A stretch of 64,000 bases of DNA, from assembly GCA_041918615.1 (NCBI GenBank), contig JAYRVH010000043.1, positions 143,350 through 207,349 of the forward strand, read 5' to 3'. Position numbers and translations under genes: made by a program. The stretch comes from Acidimicrobiales bacterium (GTDB lineage: Bacteria > Actinomycetota > Acidimicrobiia > Acidimicrobiales > DATDAH01). Each line of letters begins with the position of its first letter. The first letter of the stretch is position 1. Positions 55,542-64,000 of the stretch are shown here, one piece after another. Below the pieces are notes generated by a model. That model saw nothing but the letters and a program-made list of their open reading frames with translations. It had not been told where the DNA came from and searched no databases.

Positions 55542-56738
55542 TCAGCCCGCCTGCAGCACCGCCGGGGTCAGCGGCTCGGACAGCAGGCGCCCGAACCGGG
55601 CCGGGTCGCCACCGACCCATCGGCGACAGAGGGGGAGCCCTTCGACGTAGCAGCTGATGTAGGCCCGCCAGGTGGGATCGAGCAGGAACCGGACCGCCTT
55701 CTCGGCACGCGCCTTCGACAGCAGCGCCCAGCGCTGGAGGTAGGCGATCGCCGCGTCAGGATCGGCGTCGTCCTCATGGAGCAGGAGGGCGGTGTTGCCC
55801 CTCACGGCATCGAGCGCCTGACCCGCCTCGGCCACGGCCGCTGCGACCTCGGCGTCATAGGGCACCCCGAGCGGCAGGAGGTGCTCGGCCACGATCGCCT
55901 CCGGTCGCACCCCCACCAGCACTTCAAGGCCGAGATCGGCCAGACCCTCGGCCAGGAGGCACTGCGGCGTGCCCACGAGGAAGATGGTCTCCTCGAGATG
56001 CCCGCGCCGGCGCACGAGCCCGGCCTCCTTGCGGACGTGTTCGGTGTGATGGCCCGGGTAGGCCTCGTGAGCCACGAGATGAGCCAGGGTGGGGCTCAGC
56101 ACGGGCAGGTCGATGTTGATGGCCACCCGGCTCTGCAACCGACCCTGGTAGTAGTTGAAGCCCGACCACGGCTGATCACCCACGAGCTCGAAAGTGACCT
56201 GCTCGCCCTCGGGGAGGCCGAACATCTCGTGCGTTCGGGCGCGGAAGTCCTCGGCCAGCGAGGCGACGGCCGCGTCGAGACGATCGGTCGGCACCGCCTG
56301 GGCCTCCCGCCACGTGCCGTACCGCTCGGCCAGCGACCCCGAGCCCGGAAGCACCCCGGCCATTGCCCGGTGCGCCTGCTCGAATCGCTCCTCCGGCACG
56401 CGTCTCGGCCGAACCCCGTAGCAGGACTCCACCTCGTCGGAGTAGCCGATCGGGTCGCCCCGGAGCTTCGCCCCGGTCGTCACGAGACCGGCGACCTGCG
56501 CCCGCAGCCACACCCGGCGGGGTCGGTCGAGGCCGTCGGCATCACCCGACGAGTCAAGGTCCGCCACCAGGCGGGAGGCCTCGGCAACCAGGTCGTCGAG
56601 GGTCACCCTCGGTTCCCGTTCGGCACGACGGGCCAGGTCCGGCGGACCGTAGTAGGCGTCCACGAGGCCGTCGAGGTGACGGCCCATCCGCAGGCCGAGG
56701 AGCAGGTACCGCTCGACCAAGCCGATCTCGGGCGTCAT
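55542..56738 (-). CDS. DUF885-like putative metallopeptidase-fold protein
   Basis: 398 aa from an ATG that overlaps the upstream stop. HEAYPGHH motif. Confidence 0.65.
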   Translation of the reverse strand: MTPEIGLVERYLLLGLRMGRHLDGLVDAYYGPPDLARRAEREPRVTLDDLVAEASRLVADLDSSGDADGLDRPRRVWLRAQVAGLVTTGAKLRGDPIGYSDEVESCYGVRPRRVPEERFEQAHRAMAGVLPGSGSLAERYGTWREAQAVPTDRLDAAVASLAEDFRARTHEMFGLPEGEQVTFELVGDQPWSGFNYYQGRLQSRVAINIDLPVLSPTLAHLVAHEAYPGHHTEHVRKEAGLVRRRGHLEETIFLVGTPQCLLAEGLADLGLEVLVGVRPEAIVAEHLLPLGVPYDAEVAAAVAEAGQALDAVRGNTALLLHEDDADPDAAIAYLQRWALLSKARAEKAVRFLLDPTWRAYISCYVEGLPLCRRWVGGDPARFGRLLSEPLTPAVLQAG

Positions 56739-57418
56739 CCCAGATGGGCGCGCAGGAACGACAGGGTCCGCACCCAGGACTGGTGCGCGGCGTCCTCGTC
56801 GAAGACCTCGGGACGGGCGTCGTTGAAGAAGGCGTGCTCGGCCTCGGGATAGACGAAGAGCTCCACCGACTTGCCGAGGTCGGTGAGCTCGGCCTCGAGC
56901 GAGCGGGCAGCCGCCACCGTGAAGAACCCGTCCCTGCCCGCGTAGTGGCCCTGGACCGGCGCCCGGAGCCTCGACCAGTCGGGCTGGGCCTCGGGCCACG
57001 GGATCAGGCCGTAGAACGGAACACACGCCTTGATGTCGTCGGGCTCCTGGCAGGCCAGCACGAGGGCGAGTCCGCCACCCATGCAGTAGCCCGTCACGCC
57101 GACGCCACGACCGTGCACCCTGTCGTGGCCCTCGAGGAACGCGACCGCTCCACCCAGGTCGCGGGCCGCCTGGGCCAGGTTGAGCGCCATCATCAACTTG
57201 GCGGCCTCGTCGGGCTCGGTGGTCGTCTGCCCGCGGTAGAGGTCGGGTGCGAGCGCGGTGAAGCCCTCGTCTGCGAACCGGTCGCACACGTCGATGATGT
57301 GGGGGACGAGGCCCCACCACTCCTGGATCACGAGCAGGCCAGGACCCGCGCTGCCGTGCCCGGGGGTGGCCAGGTAGCCGTTGCCGTTGCCGCCGGCGAA
57401 CTGGACGCGCTCACCCAT
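56735..57418 (-). CDS. Dienelactone hydrolase family protein
   Basis: 227 aa. GYCMGG nucleophile elbow and a late His (EAEHAF). Confidence 0.85.
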   Translation of the reverse strand: MGERVQFAGGNGNGYLATPGHGSAGPGLLVIQEWWGLVPHIIDVCDRFADEGFTALAPDLYRGQTTTEPDEAAKLMMALNLAQAARDLGGAVAFLEGHDRVHGRGVGVTGYCMGGGLALVLACQEPDDIKACVPFYGLIPWPEAQPDWSRLRAPVQGHYAGRDGFFTVAAARSLEAELTDLGKSVELFVYPEAEHAFFNDARPEVFDEDAAHQSWVRTLSFLRAHLG

Positions 57419-57426
57419 GCCGGTGC

Positions 57427-57891
57427 TCAGTAGCCGCCGGCGAGCTTGTGGTGGTCCCAGGAGACCACCTTGTCGGTGTTGATGACGATCGCCGAGCGCT
57501 TGTGGGCGAGCCCCGCGGCGATGGCGTCGAGGTCCTCCGGCTTGTCGACCGGGAAGTAGCGCTCCACCACCGAGCGAGCCACCGTCATCACCGTCTCGGG
57601 ATCGTCCGAGACCTCAGCGGTGCCGACCAGTTCGACCCCTCGCAGTTCCTCGTACTGATCGCCGTCCTCGACCAACACGGTGATGCGGGGGTCTCGCAGC
57701 AGGTTCTTCACCTTCTGTGACTTGGTGAAGGTCTCGAAGGCCGGCTTGCCGTCGATGAACCCGTACCACATGGCCACCAGGTGGATGTTGCCGTCCGGGC
57801 CGAACGTGGCGATGTTCATCGTCTGGCGCTCACGAAGGAAGCCGTCCACTTCCTCGTCGGACATGCGGACGACTTCTCGGCGTGACGGCAT
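57427..57891 (-). CDS. PPOX-class (pyridoxamine 5'-phosphate oxidase-like / F420-dependent) protein
   Basis: 154 aa. Split-barrel signature (MNIATFGPDGNIHLVAMWY, PRITVLVED). Confidence 0.8.
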   Translation of the reverse strand: MPSRREVVRMSDEEVDGFLRERQTMNIATFGPDGNIHLVAMWYGFIDGKPAFETFTKSQKVKNLLRDPRITVLVEDGDQYEELRGVELVGTAEVSDDPETVMTVARSVVERYFPVDKPEDLDAIAAGLAHKRSAIVINTDKVVSWDHHKLAGGY

Positions 57892-57933
57892 GGCCGACGA
57901 GGCTACGTCGGTCGGGAGGGTGTGTGCACGGCG

Positions 57934-58734
57934 TCAGAGTCGCACGAGGAGCTCGGCGGCGACCGGGCAATCGGTGCGGCGGAGCGCGTCTGCCGGCCGT
58001 TCAGGACCACTCGGACCGACGATGCGGTCCACCAGGTCGAGGGGGACGAGCTCGTCGTCGGACTCCCATGGCTCCTCGGCGACCTCGACCCGCCCCGCGG
58101 CGGCCTCCCACACGCGGCGGGGAAGCAGGCGTCCGACCCCGGCGACCAGCCACACGGGGGTCCCCTCGTGACGGGCGACCGCGGCCGCTGCACGTGAGCC
58201 GGCCACGGCCATGAACCCGGAGGGGCCGACGGCCGATGCCTCGAGGAGGACGAGGTCGGCCGCAGCCGCCGCCGCGCCCAGGCCCTGCGTGGCCACATCG
58301 ACGGCATCGACCTCGGCGGCGGCCAGTCGCCGGACGAGACCCGACCCCTCGCCCAGCACGTCGACCACGAGGGCCTCGAGATCACCTCGGCGTGGGATGG
58401 CGTCGCCCACCTGCTCGGGCCAGCCCAGCAGGCAGACGGTGGCGGCGTCCGGAAGGGCATGGGCCAGCTCGATGACCGTGGCGTCGGCGTCGATCTCGTC
58501 GGCGGCGCGCCACGCCTCACCCATCGGATCGTCGGCGGTCAGCACGCGACCGCACAGCCACCAGAGCGCCCCCGAGGTCGGGTGCCGGGACACGATCCGC
58601 CGGCAGGCCGTCACCATGCCGGCAGGGTCCGACCGGAACGCCCCTAACGCCGAGGCAGTCTCCTGGACCAGCAACGACTGGTCGACCCCCGACGCCCGGG
58701 CGACGTAGCGGAGCCGCTCGATCGGGTGCACGAC
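57934..58734 (-). CDS. Hypothetical protein, weakly eIF-2B/ribose-isomerase-fold-like
   Basis: Starts near VHPIERLRYVARASG. The Ala-rich Rossmann-like C-terminal half (DLVLLEASAVG) resembles IF-2B family proteins. The assignment is weak. Confidence 0.45.
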   Translation of the reverse strand, partial: VVHPIERLRYVARASGVDQSLLVQETASALGAFRSDPAGMVTACRRIVSRHPTSGALWWLCGRVLTADDPMGEAWRAADEIDADATVIELAHALPDAATVCLLGWPEQVGDAIPRRGDLEALVVDVLGEGSGLVRRLAAAEVDAVDVATQGLGAAAAAADLVLLEASAVGPSGFMAVAGSRAAAAVARHEGTPVWLVAGVGRLLPRRVWEAAAGRVEVAEEPWESDDELVPLDLVDRIVGPSGPERPADALRRTDCPVAAELLVRL

Positions 58735-58801
58735 GGCGAGAGTACCGCTGAGGACGTCGGAAGTCGTTCGGCATCGTGATGCCCGACTAGTTTCTTCGGC
58801 C

Positions 58802-59293
58802 GTGGCGAGTGCTCCCCCTGCCGACATCGAACTCGAGCCAATGGATGGCCAAGGCCGACCGCTCTCCGAATGGCTGACGACCTTCCAGCTGGTCTGCGTG
58901 GTGCTCGATCCCTACACCTGGGAGAGCGCCTGGATCCTCGAGACCGCCGGTCGCCTGCTGCGCACGTACGCCGAGTCGGACTGCCGCGTCGCCTGGTTGG
59001 TCACCGCCCCTTCCGCGGAGGCCCGGCAGTTCCTCGGCCCCTGGGGCGAGGAGATCCTCACCTTCGTCGACCCCGAGCGCGAGATCGTCAAGGCACTGCA
59101 TCTCGAGCAGCTACCGGCGCTGGTGCACATCACCCAGGACGGCGCGCTCGCCGGCGTGGCCGAAGGTTGGGACGCCGCCGACTGGCGGCCCATCACCCAT
59201 GAGCTCAGCCGCATGCTCAGTTGGAGCACCCCGGTGCTCCCCACCGCCGGCGACCCCGGCCCCTTCGCCGGCTCCCCCGCCCTCGGCGCCTAG
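58802..59293 (+). CDS. Hypothetical thioredoxin-fold-like protein (no CxxC motif)
   Basis: 163 aa with protein-like composition. Divergent from 57934..58734. Confidence 0.5.
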   Translation: MASAPPADIELEPMDGQGRPLSEWLTTFQLVCVVLDPYTWESAWILETAGRLLRTYAESDCRVAWLVTAPSAEARQFLGPWGEEILTFVDPEREIVKALHLEQLPALVHITQDGALAGVAEGWDAADWRPITHELSRMLSWSTPVLPTAGDPGPFAGSPALGA

Positions 59294-59294
59294 C

Positions 59295-60722
59295 TCACAA
59301 GAGACCGCCGCGGCTCATCGCCTCGATGTCGAGGGCACTGTCGACCTCGGCCTCGGTGAGCAGGCCCCGTTCGAGCACGACCTCACGGATCGTCTTCTCC
59401 TCCTTCAACGACGCCTTGATCACCTCGCCCGCCGCCTCGTAGCCGATGTAGGGGCTCAGGGCGGTGCCGATGGAGGGCGACGACTCGGCATGGCGCCGGC
59501 AGCTCTCGACGTTGGCCTCGATCCCGTCGATGCACTTGTCCGCGAAGACGCGGCTCACGTTGGCGAGCAGCCGGATGGACTCGAGCAGGTTGCGGGCCAT
59601 CACCGGCATGAACACGTTGAGCTCGAGCGTTCCCTGTGACCCACCGAAGGCAACCGCGGCGTCGTTGCCGAAGACCTGCGCCCCCACCTGGGTCACCGCC
59701 TCGGGGATCACCGGGTTGACCTTGCCCGGCATGATCGACGACCCCGGCTGGAGACCGGGGATGAGGATCTCGCCGAGGCCGGTCCGCGGCCCGCTGCCCA
59801 TCCAGCGCAGGTCGTTCGCGATCTTGATGAGCGCCACGGCCACGGTGCGGCACTGTCCCGAAGCCTCGACCAGTGCGTCACGCGCGCCCTGGGCGGCGAA
59901 GTGGTCGCGAGCCTCGGTGAGCGGCAGCCCCGTTCGGTCGACGAGTCGCGCGATCACGGCAGGGGCGAAGGCGGGCGGTGCGTTGATGCCGGTGCCGACG
60001 GCCGTTCCACCCAGCGGGATCTCACCGACGTGCGCCAGGCAGCCATGGAGTCGCTCGGCGCCCTGGGAGACCTGGGCGGCATAGCCCGAGAACTCCTGCC
60101 CGAGCGTGACCGGGGTGGCATCCATGAGGTGGGTGCGACCCGACTTCACCACGTCGGCGAACTCGTCGGCCTTGCGCCGAAGCGCCGTGGCCAGGTGTTC
60201 CAGCGCCGGGAGGAGATCGGCGTCGATCGCCTCGACGGCGGCCAGATGGATGGCCGACGGGAAGACGTCGTTCGAGGACTGGGAGGCGTTCACGTGATCA
60301 TTCGGGTGCACGGCGCCGGCAGTGCCGAGGCGCTCCGATGCCAGCGTGGCGATCACCTCGTTCGCGTTCATGTTCGACGACGTGCCCGAACCGGTCTGGA
60401 ACACGTCGACGGGGAAGTGCTCGTCCCAGTCACCGGCGGCCACCTCGTCGGCGGCCCACGCAACGGCCTCGCCGATGCGGGCGTCGACTCCGGGCACCTC
60501 GTCGAGCCCCGCGTTGACCCTGGCGGCATCCCCCTTGATGAGCGCCAGCGCACGAATCAGGCGGCGTTCGATGGTGAGGCCCGAGATGGGGAAGTTCTCG
60601 ACGGCACGCTGGGTCTGGGCGGCGTACTTGGCGCGGACCGGTACGTGCACGTCACCCATCGAGTCGCGCTCGATGCGGAACTCCTGGTTGCCGGACGGGC
60701 CGTCGGACGATGCGTCGCGCAT
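59295..60722 (-). CDS. fumC: Class II fumarate hydratase
   Basis: 475 aa from an internal [28 protein letters not shown] signature. Confidence 0.9.
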   Translation of the reverse strand: MRDASSDGPSGNQEFRIERDSMGDVHVPVRAKYAAQTQRAVENFPISGLTIERRLIRALALIKGDAARVNAGLDEVPGVDARIGEAVAWAADEVAAGDWDEHFPVDVFQTGSGTSSNMNANEVIATLASERLGTAGAVHPNDHVNASQSSNDVFPSAIHLAAVEAIDADLLPALEHLATALRRKADEFADVVKSGRTHLMDATPVTLGQEFSGYAAQVSQGAERLHGCLAHVGEIPLGGTAVGTGINAPPAFAPAVIARLVDRTGLPLTEARDHFAAQGARDALVEASGQCRTVAVALIKIANDLRWMGSGPRTGLGEILIPGLQPGSSIMPGKVNPVIPEAVTQVGAQVFGNDAAVAFGGSQGTLELNVFMPVMARNLLESIRLLANVSRVFADKCIDGIEANVESCRRHAESSPSIGTALSPYIGYEAAGEVIKASLKEEKTIREVVLERGLLTEAEVDSALDIEAMSRGGLL

Positions 60723-60811
60723 GTTTCCGACCGTAGCGGCCGCCCGCTGCGCACTGGAGGGCGGGCACCGGGGAGACCGCCGACGAGCGCACTGGTACGC
60801 GCGCCCAGGGC

Positions 60812-61699
60812 CTACAGAGGCGGCCTGAGTGGGTGCGCCACGAAGAAGGCCCAGAGCAGGTCGCCGCCCCCGACCGTGGCACCGGTCGGCCACGCCGCAT
60901 CGGCACCGGCGAGCTCGTAGGACTCCACAGCCGCTCCGTCCGCGCAACCGCGGAAGGTCCGGTGGGTGACGTCGGCCGCCGGGGCCTCACTTCTGGGTTC
61001 AGGGCTGCAGCCGTAGCGGTCGGCCCATCGGGTCAAGGCCTTCCGCTGCTCGGGTGCGGGGGCGCTTCCGAAGAGGCCGAGCAACGGGACGGGACGCTCC
61101 TGTGGGCACGCGACGGGATAGGCGACGTCGCCCACCACGCCGACGGCGGCGATCCGATCCGACAGATCGCAGGCCAGGCGGCCGGCGAAGCGGGCACCGT
61201 CCCCGAGGCCGGCAAGGTAGACCCGCTGAGGCTCGAGGCAGAAGTCGTCCTGCGCCTGATCCAGCAGGTCGGCGACGAAGGCGACGTCCGCAGAGTCGCC
61301 GCGGTGGTCCCAGGCCGGCGGGTCGCCGGTGGCCTGGGGGGTGAGGGTGACGAACCCGTCGGTCTCGGCGGTCTGGGAGAGGCCGCTGATCGTGGCCTCC
61401 TCGAGGGCGGTGCTCCCGGAGTCGTGCAGGTCCACCACCACGGGCATGGCCACGCCCTCGTACGAGCTCGGCACGTAGCGGAGGTAGGAGCGCTCGATGC
61501 CGCCCGACTCGATCGTCTCGAAGCTCGTGCCCGTCGCGACCGGCTCGGCGGCCACGCAGGTGGGATCGAGCGGCGGCACGGTGACGGCGATGCCGGTCGT
61601 GGAGGTGGGAACGGCGTCTTCGGGCTCGCCGCCACCACCGCACGCCGATGCTGCGAGCGCGAGCGCGAAGGCGACGACCGGCACCGACCGTCGTGGCAC
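60812..61699 (-). CDS. Lipoprotein esterase (PHB-depolymerase/LpqC-like alpha/beta hydrolase)
   Basis: Lipobox [11 protein letters not shown], then [11 protein letters not shown] and [10 protein letters not shown]-type motifs. A GTG start is assumed. Confidence 0.65.
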   Translation of the reverse strand: MPRRSVPVVAFALALAASACGGGGEPEDAVPTSTTGIAVTVPPLDPTCVAAEPVATGTSFETIESGGIERSYLRYVPSSYEGVAMPVVVDLHDSGSTALEEATISGLSQTAETDGFVTLTPQATGDPPAWDHRGDSADVAFVADLLDQAQDDFCLEPQRVYLAGLGDGARFAGRLACDLSDRIAAVGVVGDVAYPVACPQERPVPLLGLFGSAPAPEQRKALTRWADRYGCSPEPRSEAPAADVTHRTFRGCADGAAVESYELAGADAAWPTGATVGGGDLLWAFFVAHPLRPPL

Positions 61700-61706
61700 G
61701 GTTCGG

Positions 61707-63314
<1,608 letters not shown>

Positions 63315-63444
63315 CCCGCCATTGTGGGGGTTCGGACAGCGGTTGACGCGGCAGATACGCGTAGAGGGAAATAGCCGGACCGCTGGCCTGGTTGGGCAAC
63401 ACGTTGCCCCGACCGATCCCGCCACCACCAGGAGCGCATCACCG

Positions 63445-63831
63445 ATGCCCGTCGAGCCCGCCGTCCGAGACCTGATCGCCGCCGGCAACTTCGCCGCCCT
63501 CGCCTACCACCGTGCCGACGGCACCATCGCCAACCACGTCATGTGGGTCGACACCGACGACGACCACCTGCTCGTCAACACCGAGGTGCATCGGCCCAAG
63601 TTCAAGGCGATGGAAGCGAACCCCGACGTCACCATCACCATCTGGGACAAGGCCAACCCGTACCACTACGCCGAGGTTCACGGCACCGTCGTCGACACCG
63701 ACGACAGCCAGGCCGCAAGGGACCACATCGACACGTTGTCCCAGCGTTACAACGGCACCGACTACGCCAACCCCATCCAGAGCCGCCGCGTCATCGTCAA
63801 GATCGCGCCGGACCGCCAGCGGGTCCAGTAG
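63445..63831 (+). CDS. PPOX-class F420-dependent oxidoreductase-like protein
   Basis: 128 aa from an internal ATG of ORF 63133..63831 (NFAALAYHRADGTIANHVMWV, DVTITIWD). Confidence 0.8.
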   Translation: MPVEPAVRDLIAAGNFAALAYHRADGTIANHVMWVDTDDDHLLVNTEVHRPKFKAMEANPDVTITIWDKANPYHYAEVHGTVVDTDDSQAARDHIDTLSQRYNGTDYANPIQSRRVIVKIAPDRQRVQ

Positions 63832-63852
63832 CGGCGGCCGCTCGCCCGCAGG

Positions 63853-64000
63853 TCATTCGCGCCACCACCGGTCACACACACAGGCGTAATCCACCGGGAT
63901 CTCAGGATCACCAGGCTCCAGGCCCAGCTCCTCGACCTCTTTGAACCATCGATCACGGAGCGAGGTCGGCAGGTCTGCACCGCACCAGGGACAGTGAGCG
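63853..64000 (-). CDS. 3' end of a gene running off the window (Cys-rich, hypothetical)
   Basis: My own translation of the minus strand gives ...AHCPWCGADLPTSLRDRWFKEVEELGLEPGDPEIPVDYACVCDRWWRE, with the stop at 63853..63855. It is not in the ORF track because no start lies in the window. Confidence 0.35.
   Translation of the reverse strand, partial: AHCPWCGADLPTSLRDRWFKEVEELGLEPGDPEIPVDYACVCDRWWRE

Overview
The window looks like a high-GC chromosomal segment, Actinomycetota-like and possibly Acidimicrobiia judging by gene content; I could not compute this. It holds about 60 protein genes and is mostly housekeeping and metabolism. Recognisable genes include hyuA/hyuB (hydantoinase/oxoprolinase), aceE, rnhA, fumC, a mutY-like glycosylase and a heterodimeric ABC exporter. 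There is also an ABC-F ATPase, a PAS-GGDEF-EAL protein, several acyl-CoA enzymes (including an mch/mcd/mcl-like trio) and F420/PPOX-type proteins. The suf Fe-S assembly system is split over two loci.

I recognised no rRNA, tRNA, CRISPR array, transposase or integrase. Two regions stand out.

1. 5.36-10.46 kb. The last ~368 nt of hyuB occur four times in direct orientation. Each displaced copy starts at the same 11-nt core, and the copies bracket three small same-strand cargo modules: vapBC, a DUF4143 AAA ATPase and a STAND/Orc-like ATPase. This looks like serial site-specific insertion into hyuB by elements that lack their own integrase.

2. 31.0-36.7 kb. A four-gene cluster sits between sufB and sufD. 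It encodes a GT-C glycosyltransferase, a TM-SGNH protein, a B12-binding radical SAM enzyme and a protein with a C-terminal Rieske domain; the first three genes are joined by ATGA start/stop overlaps.

Smaller oddities:
- a TM-SGNH paralog split by a single in-frame TAG
- four helically phased GTTAGA repeats
- a nested palindrome abutting the sufC2 start
- paired ferritin-like proteins with N-terminal extensions before an RR motif

Start codons were chosen by eye and may be off. Coordinates of non-ORF features may be off by 1-2 nt.
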